The position numbers and the translations under genes were made by a program. 64,000 bases of DNA from the human T2T-CHM13v2.0 reference genome, Homo sapiens. The stretch lies in assembly GCF_009914755.1 (NCBI RefSeq), contig NC_060925.1. One strand, 5' to 3'. Positions 26,639 through 40,850 of the stretch are shown here, one piece after another. The stretch's first letter is position 1. Each line of letters begins with the position of its first letter. Under the pieces are notes generated by a model. That model was not told the DNA's origin and did not search any database. It saw only the letters and a list, made by a program, of their open reading frames with translations.

Positions 26639-28456
26639 CCTCCTATGTACCCTAAATACAGAATATATTGATCTACTGTTTAAAACCTTTCTGAGGAATT
26701 TATTGTCCTCAGAATAAATCTAAACTCTTTAGCCAGGCTGTAAGGTCCTTCATGTGATGTACCCTGCTGACCCCCAGCTTTATCTCTCCACACCCCTTAC
26801 CCCCAAAGTCACACTGGCCTTCTTTCAGTTTTTTGAGCAAGTCTTCTTGTCTCAATATCTTCGGGCATGCTAGTCTCTCTGCCTGAATACTCTTCCTCCC
26901 AGCTACTTAGATATCTCTCTCACACACACACCCTGACCATCTCTTCCCATCCTTCAGATCTCAATCTCCCTAGAATGCCTCCTAGGACCACAACATTGGG
27001 TCTTAAAATCAATGTGCACATTGAAAGTGGTTGTGTTTCATTCCTCCTGCCCCCCAGTAAGTTTTCATATTAAATCAACAGTGTATTGTCTAATCAGTGT
27101 GCATGTTAGATTTTTAAAACTACAGTCATTGTTGAATGAATGAAATACAAGTCCTCTGCCCCTTCACCCACAGTGCATTCTTCTCTGCTTCTGAGGCCAG
27201 CCCACTCACTTCCTTGTCCTGAAATCATTCAGTCTGTCCCCTCTGCCTGCTCTGGCTTCTACTGTAGATCTACAGCCATACTCAGAAAACTCCAGACAGG
27301 TCTGCCTTCTTTACAAAGTAGAGGGGCGATGCTGCCTGCCATTTCATCATGGGGCCCCTCAGATCTCATGGGTTTAAGGTGCCAATGCCTTAACCCAGGT
27401 GAGAGTCTCTGATCCCCAACAATCTAAGCAGCCAAGCATGCGGTGGAGTTTCCTGCAGAAGAACCAAGTTGGTACTTTTTTCAATGTTCTAGACTGAATT
27501 ATTATAGCCAGAGGGAGCCATTCATCAGCTCTGACACTGCAGGAAGCTTCCTAGGCAAACAGCTTTATTGCTGCGTGAGATTAACCCAGACTGTAGTAAT
27601 TTGTAACAAAGATAAGAAAATTGCACTGGTCTCTCAGAAATAAATCTGAATTCCAGAGTGGACAAAGGGGACTTCAACTTGAAATCTGCTATTTCAGATA
27701 TAATCAAATTTATAACAGCCCCTGAAGAGTATAAAAAGCCAAGGGCAGCTTCCTGTTGGAGGTGTCACTTCAGGACCCACCATTATGAAATCAATTTAGC
27801 TGGAATTCCTAACAAGCCAGGAGCCCAAGCCTCACCTAACTTTTATGGAAGACTATTTGGACTACTTGAGCGTCATTCCCTCATCTGTCTACCTTCACGA
27901 TATGAGCAGATGTCATGGGGTAAGAAATGCAGGCTGGGATGTGAGGTCAGGTGACCTACCTCTTACCAGCTGTAAAATCTTGGAGAAACAGAGACGATAA
28001 CGGAGGCCCCTCCCAGAGCTGTTGTGAGGATTAAATGAGATAAGAATGTGAGAGTGGAATACAGATGTCAGTTATTAATGAGAGTCTGGTAACCTGATAG
28101 ACATGATGGGTTGAACTCTTACAGGTGCTCTGAGCAAGACTTCACTTTACCAGCTTGGCCTCATTTCACTCTCCCAATAATTGCACAGTCAGGGAACTGT
28201 AATTATGCCCATTTACAAATGAAGAAACAGAAGGCCAGAGAGGTCATGGAACCTACCCAAGGTCACACAGCCAGTAGGTGGCATAAAATGGCCAAGTGTT
28301 CTTGGCCACTATAGAGTGCTTTCTGCTATGCAGCAGTTGCTGTGCTAGACACAGGGATATAAAGGTGACACTCCTGTGGTACCAGACCTGGCAGAGCACA
28401 CAGCCTGGCTGGAACGCACACCTATCAATAAGAACCTTTACTATATTAATAATAAG

Positions 28457-29050
28457 TGTAAAAAGTAAAGTAGAGGTTCCTCTTCAAAGACTTTCCTCCC
28501 CATTTAATGAGGAATAAATAGTAACTTCTTTTAGAAGCAAAATGTATTCAAAGACCTGTGCTAACAGTCTTAAATATCTGCCAGCCGTGATAAAGAAATC
28601 AATGTACTTTACGTTCTTAGCTCCCACAATTTAGCCTAAATATTTGCCCTGGCATGCTTATACTGGTCCAAGCAAACATTAGGTCGTAGCCTGTTCCTCT
28701 TCCTTATTTGAAGGTGTTTTTTTTTTACCTTTCCCAGCATTGCACAAGTTACTTCCTCCTTCCTTTGTTCTCCTCTGCCTTTGCCTCTCTTAAAAAGTTC
28801 AAGTTGCTAGCCAATCGGGACAAACACAGAATGTGAGGTCCTGTTCCAGCCAATGGAAACTGGACACAGCAGTAGGGTGGACGCGTCAGGTTATAAATTA
28901 CCCTGTCTCCTTTGTTAGGGGTACTCTCATGGCAAAACTGCTGGCGAGTGTATCCTTTCTGCAGGAAGCAAAAATGGCCTTGCTGAGTAACATTAAATTT
29001 ATGTTCAAGTGCCATTTCTTTAGGGCACCGGGGAACAAGCATTTCAAACA
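28457..29050 (+). mobile_element. ERV1 solo LTR (LTR10C-like, HERV-I group)
   Basis: TG...CA termini, 594 bp, 4-bp TSD TAAG (28453-56, 29051-54), CCAAT 28811 and 28850, TATAAA 28892, ATTAAA 28992. Subfamily by recall of the start TGTAAAAAGTAAAGTAGAGGTTCC. Confidence 0.85.
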
Positions 29051-30479
29051 TAAGTAATGCTTTGTAAGCACAGTTCTAGGAGCTTTATACAACTCTCATT
29101 TAGGACTTACACAACCAGAGAGAAAGATAGACACCATTATCACTGTACTGCATGGACAAGGAAACAGGCCCTGAGATCATACACTGGTAAGCAGTGGGGC
29201 CAGGAATCTAAACAAGGCTATATACTTATTTCTCTATTGCAGGAGTAGATGCTATAAGAGAAAGACTAGAAGGGTCATGGGAATCTGGGCTTGAAAAGGA
29301 GCCAAAACATCTCCCCAGAAGAAGTAACTCTTGAGCTGCTTATTTAAAAAGAAGTAGGAGTTTGTCCAGCAAACAAAGGGAAAATCAAGTGAAATCTCAG
29401 ATTGTCCTGCAGCCCTAAAGGACTCTACCCTTGCTGTGCAGGGTGCCATCACAATTGTCCAGCCTGACCACACATACAGAAGGACAGCTGGCAATATTGA
29501 GCTGGCAGTGCTGGCGTTCATCTAGAAGACAGGGACCCATTTCACCATCTCTGCACGCCCAAGGCCCACACAGTGCTCAGTGCCATTCTGTAGACTTGAA
29601 CTGAATCCAGAGGACCTTGGACCTAGAAAAGCTCTTGAAGACTGGGTCATCCAAGTTCCTAATTTTATGGGTAGGAAACTGAGTCCCAAAGAGGGAAAGA
29701 ATGGTGAGACTTTTCAAATTCCATGTGTACATGGGTCCAGAGGGCCCCAAGGCAAAGGTGGCAGCAAGGAAGTAGCATGGAGCCAGGGGAGCTGTCTGGA
29801 ACCGGATTTGGACTGGAGGCCAGAGTTAAGGTGGTCTCTGGAAGCAGAAATGGGTAGGAGGCAGCATAGCACGGAGGTTATAGCCAGATAGATCTCAGAT
29901 TAATTGGGGTTCTGCCTCCTGCTGGCCACATAAGCTTGGACAAATTAACCGCTGTGGGTGTCAGTTTCCAAATTTGGAAAATGGAGGCAATATCCCCCCA
30001 CCATAAGACTGTTGTGAAGATTAAGGGAAATTATGCATTTAAAAAACTCAACATAGTGCCTGGTGTACAGCGAGTGCTCAACAAGCAGTACTGATTACCA
30101 GGGTCACAGTTACACTTTAACCCATGTTAAAAGGTGAACCCACTTAGAAGTGAACAGGCTGCTCTTCTCCGCATGAAATTCCCCCTCTTTACCGGCCTCC
30201 ATGTTCGCAGGGTCTCTGAAAAACAAAAATACACATTCTAGCATTTTGCAGGGAGCCACAGATGCTTCCCATTGATGCCTATTAAAAAGGGGATTGGTGA
30301 GGTTTGCTTCAGAAACTTTCATGGGAAAAGTTCCCCAAAATGCATCCAATCCAGAGGTGAGCACTGTACCTGGGTCACTCTGCCAGCAACTCCCTACAAA
30401 GCATTCACCTCCCTCAAATCTGTTCCTCCTTGAGGGTCCAGCAAGACGTCTCTTTTATACTTCACCCAGAAATAAAGTA

Positions 30480-31150
30480 AATATTTTTCAATGAAATTCA
30501 GCGATTAATTAAACACCGTCCCTCTTTAATAAGAACGTTGAACCAACAGCCGGCTGCATATTCCGACAAGAATATTTAAAGCAATTAAACTTTAGCTACT
30601 TTTAAAACAAATTCTTTTAAATGCTAATGACCATTGTTTTCACATTTGATAAGTAAAATTTTGTGTCGAGCAAGGTTAGATGATTGCAATGATTTAATTG
30701 TACTTCTCAAAGAAAGGAAAATGTTAAGAAAAAAGCTAAGATGGACCTCTTACCACATTCCTACCGCAAAATGTCCTGTAACAATAGAAGCGTGATTTGC
30801 TGAAATTAAAATGCTATTATGGTGAAATTAGGGCTTCAATATTTTTAGCAGCTTTAATAGGCCTTGCATTTTAAGGGACATCTGATAATAGATAATTACA
30901 TTTCATCTTAAAGAAACTGAGTTGTTTTCTTAAGGAAAATACTTTTCTTTCTTCCAGAGAGGTTAAAGCCGAGCCATCATTAGAAGCAGCACCAAGCTCG
31001 AGGTTCCTGCTTCAGCTTGGGAAATAAAGATTAGCATATAAATAGCCTTCGGTGCCTGCTTGATTCCAGCTATTTTGCGTTTCAATGTGGCATCAGAATG
31101 CACTTAGCAAGAAATGTTCGAGAGGAGAAAGAGGTTTGTAATATGTCGCT
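30480..31150. promoter_or_regulatory. Candidate conserved non-coding element / developmental enhancer
   Basis: No recognisable repeat; AT-rich yet keeps many CpGs; TTAATTAA 30505, ATGCTAAT 30621 next to CATTGTT 30632, AACAAT 30780, ATTAGCAT 31030. Conservation is inferred, not observed. Confidence 0.55.
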
Positions 31151-31208
31151 TTTATAGAGGGGGGAACTTTAAGTATAAAAGATCATCCACTCCTCTGCGG
31201 GCTTGTTT

Positions 31209-31242
<34 letters not shown>

Positions 31243-32454
31243 CCTTTCAATGTCCCAATTACAGACTCCAAGGAGCCAACAGGCCCCCTAGAATGGAGCC
31301 TTAGTTTATGCTACAGCTCTTTCTCCAGACCAGGAAAATAAATCAAAATGGTGTACAGGAAATAAGATAAATAAGCGGACTTCCTCCCGGATTCAGCTGG
31401 AGTCCTTGGGGGGCACAGCCATGCCCTTTCTCCTCACCCCCACGCTACCCATCAGCAGCAGGGACGTGGGATGACTCCTCCAGGACCCATTTGCTGGAGC
31501 AATGAGGGACACTCCTGGCTTTCTGCCTGGAGGCCTGCTTCCCTCCTGGGAAATCGTGGAGACTGGGCATGGAGCCCGCGGTTCTTTCTGCCTCCCCTCC
31601 AGCCCCCACTCCCACCCCTACACACACACATACCACATTCACGCTGACTGGTTCAGGCTGAGTCTCCGGCTGTAGCAGGATGACTCGCAGACCTCACACT
31701 TTTTCTGCTTGGCACGGGGCAGAGGGCAGTTCTGAATGGTGCTACACGGCTGTTCTACGGGACCTTGTTTTTCCTGGGTGTGGCAGTGGTAAAGGGGTGT
31801 GGGCCAAACAGTGGTAGCCTCTAGTCTAGTTCCTGGGGTGGCTTGGGCCAATCCAGAGCCCTGGGTTCTAATCCAGACTCCCCTGAGAACTTGGAGACAA
31901 GTCCTGCCAGCTCTGAGCCTGAGTTCCTTCACTTGTAAAAAGAGAATTATAAACCCTGCCCTGCCCACTCATGAGGCTGTTATAAGAACCGAGGAATGGA
32001 TGTGAAAGAACTTTGTAAGCTCCCTCCCATGTTAGCATCATGTGATTAGGACATTGCTGAGGTTTTTTTTCCTGGATTGTCCTTTTGTCCCAAGACCCCA
32101 GGTTTCCTTCTGTCCACCCTAGCACCTCATCTATGCTCCCTGGACTCTGCCTTCCCACCCAGAGTGAGAGGGTGAGGAATAGATAGTGTTTAGGAAATTA
32201 GCTAGGAGGTAACAGCTCTCAGCTATCACGGCAAATGCACCCACTTGGGTTGTCTGAAGATGACTGTGTGAAGACAAGGCTGGGGCTTAAGAGGTGGAGT
32301 ACAAAGGGACCTGGGCGTCAAGTCCGAGCCCGTAGCACCCTGGACAGGTCATCCTGCTCTTGGAGCCTCTTTTCCCCCCTCAGATAGGAATGTTGATAAT
32401 TTGAGGTGCCTTTCATGGCTATTCTAAGGCTCAACATAGAAAACAGGCCAGAAC

Positions 32455-32986
<532 letters not shown>

Positions 32987-34295
32987 TTAGCCTGCATTCA
33001 GAGGGGGTAAGGACCAGGCTGGGGTTCCGGCAGCCAGTCCCCTCCCACCTCTCACCTGGCAGCAGCTTCCTGCTCCCAAACCCAGCAGGCTTTGCCACAG
33101 GAAAAGTGCCCTGGTGGGCTGGGGGCACTCCCTAGTCTCTGCAAGATTGGCCCTGACTCTGCAGGATCTCTTCGGGCTGCACCACATCCTGCAGATGCCA
33201 CAGGCACTGTCTCTGTAGGAGGGTCACCACCGCTTCCACAGAAGCCCTGGTAATCCCAAGGATTCTAACCAGGCTGTGATGGGGATGCCGTGCCTGGCTC
33301 CTCCAGGGGAAAGGTGCTGATGCACAAAACCTTTGCTCCTTTTCCTGCTATGTCCCACAGCTTCAAACACAGTGCTGACAGAAGAACCACGTGAATTCTG
33401 GACTTCATGCATGAAGATTGTTTTCATCCCAAAAAGCTGTGTTTGGAACAAAGGTAGCTCCTTACAGGAAACCTGAGGGGGTTCTTTGGGTGACTTGGTG
33501 AGGCTCTGGCAAGGTGGATTGGAGGGCAGTGGGCTCAGACCAGGGTTCTGGGTCCTGGTCTGCTCTCTGCTGCTTGGGTGAATTGGTCCTTGGTCTTGGG
33601 TGAATTCTTCCCACTGTGCAGTGAAGTTAATCTATAATTAAGGGTTCTGCATCAGTCTCCAGGGATCATTCCTGCTCAAACTTCTGTTCTTCATATATTA
33701 CTATTCTCCTGGGTTTCTTCTGGCCTGAGTACTTTTCACTCTAGCCAAGATGCTCAATATCATCTGTTTTGCTAATCCAGGCAACTATAGTAACAGTGTC
33801 CATGTACAGGGTCTTTTATTATGCCCATTTTATACAGTAGAAAATCAAGGCTCAGAGAAGTTGACTGACCCCAAATGGAGAGCCAAGACTCAACCTCAGG
33901 TTTTGACTCAGCTTCAGATCCCAAGCTTTTACTCATCACACACTGGCACTTTCCCAGGTGGCTGCCTTAGTCGAATACTGGCCCATTTACAATCAACATA
34001 GTTGTAGGACAATCTGTGTCTCTCGTGCTAAATTGTTTTCAAATTCTGATACACAGAAAACTAATTCCACTGAACATTAATAGGTTTTCCTTGGGAACAA
34101 CAACAAAAATGTTTCATCATCAAATGAATTTGACCCTAAGTAAAACAAGTAAACAGTTTCTTTGTACCTGCAGGACTTCTCAGGGCCTTTAAGATGCCAG
34201 TAAGGTATGCCATTTACTCCTGACCTTTATCCATGGACCCTTTCCTCCTTCTTTTTTCTTGAGCAACCTGTGTTCTACTAACAGATTAGGCTTCT

Positions 34296-34460
34296 GCAAC
34301 TTCACTACTAAAAGTGTGATTCCCAGACAAGCAGGATGCAGCATTGCCTGGCAGTTAGTCAGAAATGCAGACTCTCAGGCCCCACCCAGACCTGCTGAAT
34401 CAGAGCCTGCACTTTAAGAAGATGTGCAGGTGGTTCACATTGAAATTTGAGAAGCACTGG
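34296..34460. mobile_element. MER5A DNA transposon relic
   Basis: AGAAATGCAGACTCTCAGGCCCCACCCAGACCTGCTGAATCAGA...TTTGAGAAGCACTG. Confidence 0.85.
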
Positions 34461-35639
34461 CCTGTAGTAAACATATTGGGAAACATGGCTGATTCATCAT
34501 GGACTGTGTCCGTGTACTAGCCATCAACCCGTAAAATCAAGCAGGGACAAAAGTATCAAGCATTATTTGGCATTACGTGGACCAAACAACTAGATTTGGA
34601 ATTAAGTCGAGATGCTGTAACATCACATAGAAATAATCCAAGCTAGTTCCCACAATGGAAAGTTTCTTCCCATTCCTAGGGAGATGTAAAAATGGATGGA
34701 GATGAAGGGATGACCAATACCCTTTCCTACAGCCATTCCTAAAATGTAGACATGGAAAGTATTGCATACCTCTTCCTAAAATGTAGAGGTCTTTAAATTC
34801 TTAGAAAGAGTGCACCTCTGTTTCCCTGGATCCCCTCTCAATTACAGAAGTGGTCAAGGTTAGTGAGTGTCCCAGATATTTTCACCTGGGATGCTCTTGG
34901 GAAATGGCACATTGGCCCCTAACCTGGGAACTGAAAAGACAGCCTCAAGGGTACAGAAGCTTGTCTTAAGGTTTTAAAAATCACAGCTGAAATGACCCAT
35001 TCATGCAAGATAAGACCTGTGCCTCAAGAAAAATGCCTTTGCTTTTGGCTGCAATTATTTCAATTCATGTGGTCACACTCTCTCAAGCTGACCTGACATT
35101 TCAAGCTGCAGCTTGATATATCTTTGCTCAACAAAAGATGGGAAACAAATTAGTTTTTACTTAATGACTTCAATGTTTTGGGGAGAAAAAATCTTTGAGT
35201 TTGTGTGCAGAGGTTCAGTAACTGGCCAGAAGACATACAGCTTGTAAGCGATGGTGTCTGACTTAGAACCCAGATCTGACTGACCCCCAAGTCAGGACTC
35301 TCTCTATTATGGAGGCAGTTCAAGGACACACACACATTTTGTCATCCTCTTCATATTACTTGTCCCTAAACCTCTCCTTTTATAATGCAAAGTACTTCTG
35401 CTAAACCCCATGTTCCTCCCCACCTTCCCATCCCTATTCTGTCTTTGGTTTTAAAAACTTTCATTCATCTTTATTGAATTCCTTTTTTCAGGTGCTGCCA
35501 AATTTACCAGCTGGCCAAGATTTTTCCCCATTCTATATTGTCATGCATGCAAATCATTTTGCTAGTGCTCCCCACAAATAGGACGACTCTGCGTCCTTTA
35601 GTCAGGTACTGAGCTCCATAGTCCCCTCTGGAAATCAGG

Positions 35640-36180
35640 TAACTAGCAACCTGTCAATCAATTTGGATGCATCTCACAGACAAGGTACTCAAGATGGAAC
35701 TCCTAATTCCTCCCCAAGTCTTCCCACCTGCAGCATGGTACCACCATCAATTCAGCTGGGGGAGGGAGGAATCTAATCCTCTGTATTCCTCGTCCCCCAC
35801 ATCTTATCTATCAGTAAGTTCTTTCCACTCAACCTCCAATAGAAGTGCTAAATCCACCACTTCTTGCCTTCACCACTGTCACCAGCAGTTCTAAATCACT
35901 ATCGTCTCTCACCTGGACCCCTGCAAGTGTCCTAATTAGTCTTCCTGCAACTATTCATGCCCCTTCCAGCACCTGTTCCACAAGGCAGCCAGAGTAATCA
36001 GCCATTGGAAACAGCATCAGATCACACCACTCCCCTGCTTAAAACCCTTTTCTATCAGAATGCAAGTTCTGTAAGATTTGGAACCCAACTCTCATCTTCA
36101 CCTCGTATCCCTAGTACCTACAGTACAACGGTGCCAGCACAAAGTAGGTACTCAGTAAATATTGCTTGCATGAATGAATC
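35640..36180 (+). mobile_element. L2 3' fragment
   Basis: TCTCTCACCTGGAC..., GATCACACCACTCCCCTGCTTAAAACCCTT and end AGTAGGTACTCAGTAAATATTGCTTGCATGAATGAA. Other L2 pieces at about 38.7-39.2, 44.4-44.8, 51.9-52.5 and 55.5-55.9 kb. Confidence 0.7.
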
Positions 36181-38252
36181 AAGTGATAACCTTAATTGCA
36201 AACATCCAAAATCTTCTATTATTTATAGAAAAGTGGCTCTATCTCTTTTCATTTTTATTCCAACATTGTAGTGGTTGTTCTCTAATTTCTGTGGAGATGT
36301 CAACATATGTAGACTCTAGGCAATTTATTTTTCCCCTTCCCTCCAGAAGTAAAGTAAAAGGAATATGTGACTCACACACACAGATGCATCTCACGCCAGT
36401 TGTGTTGCTTGAGAATAGATGGGAGATTATGCTGATTGAACTGGACAGTTTCCATTTTTATTATTTTAATTATAAACACAAACTATTGGGGGTAAAATCT
36501 TATGGAAATCTGCCTATCAATTTCACAATTAACATCTCATTTCAAGAGACCAATCAACTCAAATGAGGGCCAGTGACCTTAATCTTTCCCCAAATACAGT
36601 GTTTGATTCCTCTTATTAGTTGAAAATCTCCGAACTATGAAACATGTGGGTTAGACCGATGTTTGCTTCAACGATGCTATCAGCCACATTTCAGTAAGTC
36701 AAGGAATTTTTGTGACCTTTGCGTTACAGTTTGTATGGACAAAAGAAGGAAGGCTAAAGCTGTGCAAATCAAGTAGGAGAAATAACAAGGCCACTTAAGT
36801 AGGGTCTCTTTTTTTCATTTATTTTTCTAAGACTGTGGAAGGAAGTGTGATTTTAAGGCAACTTATTTTGCCACTGATTAGCTAAAATTAACCCAAGAAG
36901 AGAGTAAAGCCCAGAAGTGAAAGGCAGCTAATTTTAATCATAAAGGTCTGTAAAAAATCCTATCAGAAAAATAAAATTCTCTTTGTGATATAGGAGAAAA
37001 AAAAACTTGGCTTTTAAAAAGAAATGCAACAGAAAAAGACAAATTTGACCTGGCAAACAATGCGTCTACTTAACATCAATACTCCTGCAAAGATTAGAAC
37101 AAGACCATACACTCTGCAGGGTTAATCACTACTCCCAAAACACCAGAGGTTCCACCTAAGTAAACGCGGGACATGTACACACAGGTACCAACCAATCATT
37201 AGAACTAGACAGACCAATTACTAATAGCCTGTTAACAACCAGTTGGGCAATTTCACTTTGGAGTAGACTTGGGGCACACAAGATGCCAAAACTACCCCTG
37301 AAACATTTCAAGGTCAGCCAAGAAGCTGCCAGTCTTGTCTCTCTGACTGCATTGATTGATGTGCCTTGAGCAGCTCCATCCAAGCCTTTGCGGGGGTGAA
37401 GGATTTTTCTTCAACCTGCTCACATGGATGATTGGCTGTTTGGGATCTGTATGGCTAGAATTCTTAAGCTGCAAGAAATAGAAACCAACGTAAGCTAAGC
37501 TGAGGCAGCAAAGGGGAATTCATTAAAAGGATATAAGACTGTTTCTTGGAACTCAAGGGCACAAATGGCACCAGACCTCAAGAAAGAACTTGCTGCAGGT
37601 CTCTTTTCTGTTCCTTTCATCCATTTGCTTCTCAGTTCACAACAGAAAGAAATGGCCACCCCCTACTCCCAAGTCCCCATCTATTCTTTTCTACAGACCA
37701 TCCCAGCCAGTCCTAGAATTTTTGAGTCTCAAATTTTGAGGAGAAAGAAACTGAATTGTCAAATTTGGATCAGGTATACCATACTATACCTTCAACCATG
37801 ACCAAGTGGACTGTAACACAATGCAGACATGACTATAAGGGTTGGTGCACAAGGATGAGGAGGGAAATTCAGGAAGATTACCATGAGGTAGGCAGAATCT
37901 TCCAGAAAGTATCTAATAAAGGACTACATTATCACAACCAGAGCCAACTGAACTAGCCTAACACACAGAGCCGGGGTCAAGCCAAATGATTCCCATTGTA
38001 CCTTTGGTCAGACCTTCTCCATAGGGCAAGAGGCCAGTACCCAGTAGAAACGAATAACCTGCAGCTGCTTCACAATGCTCTGGGAGAGGAGCCACAGCTA
38101 TACTCTCTGAGAGCACCCTGTATTCTTCTTCATCCTGCTTATGACAGTTTGTAATCCTACATTTATTTTAAACTTGTTTAATGAGCATCTCTCTCCATCA
38201 CTCAGTTTGAAGCTCTACAAACAAGGTCAGGTACCATATTGGTTTTACTTCC

Positions 38253-38682
38253 TGTCCTAGTCCATTTTTGCATTGCTATAAAGAAATATCTGGGACTGGG
38301 TAATTTATAAAGAAAAGAGGTTTAATTGGCTCATAGTTCTGCAGGCTGTACAGGAAGCATGATGCTGGCATCTTCTCGGCTTCTGGGGAGGCCTCAGGAA
38401 ACTTATGATCATTGCATAAGGTGAAGGGAGAGGAGGCACGTAGGCACATTACATGGTGAAAGAAGGAATAAGAAAGAGAGCAGGGAGGTGCTACACATTT
38501 TTAAATGACCAGATCTCACAAGAACTTACTATCACAAGGACAGTACCAAGGGGAATGGTGCCAAACCATTCATGAAAAACTACCCCCATGATCCAATCAC
38601 CTCCCACCAGGCCCCAACTCCAATACTGGGGATTACAGTTCAATATGAGTTTTGGGCAGGGACATAGATTCAAACCATATCA
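38253..38682 (-). mobile_element. MST (MSTA/B-like) MaLR solo LTR
   Basis: TGTCCTAGTCC...CAAACCATATCA, 430 bp, perfect TSD CTTCC (38248-52, 38683-87). Confidence 0.92.
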
Positions 38683-40477
38683 CTTCCCTTCATCTTCCTG
38701 GCACCATGCCTGACACCTACTGAATACTCATCAAAGAGTGAATAAAATGAATGGAGTGGAGGAGTCCAAGGAAGTTTTGCCAGATGATTTGGTACATGAG
38801 TTGAGTCTCAAAGGACAAACAGAGTCTTTTAGGAGAACAAGCTGGGAGAGCATCCCTGGCAGAGGGAATGACAGAGGGCCCAAAGGCACATAGTGCAAAT
38901 ACCACAGAAATGGTGAGGCAGCTTGCGGCAAGAGAGCTGGCCAGGAAGTAGAGGTGGAGGTCACCTCATCTTGCATAGAGACTGGAGGGCTCAGAGCTAG
39001 GAATGACGTGTCTAGATTGTAGACTAATCCATCTGATGGGAATGTGGGAGCTGGACTGGAGGCAGGAAGATGAGCTCGAAAGCTTATGTAATCATCCAAG
39101 AGAAAAAAGCAATGGTAGTGAGGATGGGGAGGAAAAGATTTTAAAAGTTAGTAAGGAAGTAGGATCAGCAGAAATTCAGGGAATACAATTTTGTCATTTG
39201 ATGACCTAGTTATTTATGTACGTCTTATCGCCCATGCAAGACTGTGAGCTTCTGACTCAGTCTTCCTCATTCCTGTGATACCACGGCTGTTATGCAGTGC
39301 CCACCCAACACACAGCAAGTTTGTTGAGAAAATAAACTAATGAATGATTGAATCACTACCACCAACCAAAGTGGGGACAGCTGCCAGGATGGGGGGCCAC
39401 ACAGTGTCCTTTGAGGGTTTCATAGAAGTTTGCTGCTTGTATGTTTATCTTGCCTCCATAAAATGCTTAGAGGTGCTAAACTTCTTTTACAGTCCCCTCA
39501 ACCCCCAACACAGGCCTGGACTCAGGGTAAAATGTCAGCCATACATCCCTGTTTAATGAGCTAGACTGGAACAGACTGAAATGGAAATAGAAGGGGTCTC
39601 CTATTCTTTAGAAAGAACCTAATATGTAGACCCAAAGTGAGAGGAGAGACTGGTAGACCTTCCCCATTGTAGGTGTGGCAGGGATCCTCTGCCAGGGCTT
39701 CTGTGAAGATAACCTAACCTAACTGAGCTGCCCCTCATAGGTAAGCACTAGCAGAAGAGAGGATAAATCCCCTTCAATGGACCAAAAACACTGGAACCCC
39801 TTGGCAAAGACCAGAGTCCAAAAGCTTCAAAGAGCTGAGACTGAGCCTGAACAAATACCAGAAGCTTCTGACCTTAGGAAATGATGCAAGTGAATTAAGG
39901 GTGTTCCTAGCTCTGTTCTCAGTAACATGGTGAATGAATGAACAAGCGCATGAACAAACTAATAAGCAAATGTTTTCTACCTATTTATGATTTTTTTAAA
40001 AAAAGAGCTGACTGGAAATACATAATTTTTAATAAATAGAGATATTACGTTTTACCTAGGGGCCTCTATTATTATCTTGAAAACAGAGTTTGATTCAAAC
40101 ATTTGTTTCATTTCAAGAAAAGGTTCTATACAGAAATCATAAAGTAACCGGAGTGTGTTGTATAGCCTGATGGTCTCCCACACAGGGCAAGCCTGGCCTT
40201 TCAACTCTCACAGCAAACAACAATTTCACCTGCACATTCACCAGTGGCAGCTACCCAACGGGAGGCAAAAAAACCATGGGGGCGTAATTAGCCCACGATG
40301 ATTTCAAGTCTTTTGGTTGGCCTTAAAATTGTCGCTGTCCTATCAGTCAACATTTCCCCATAATTACCTCGATGGAAATTTTCTGTACACACAAACCAGT
40401 TTTACTGAATCACGCATTACGAAGAAGAAGGAAAAAAGGTGAATGCTGAATTTTGTAAAAAACAAAACTACACTGCA

Positions 40478-40850
<373 letters not shown>

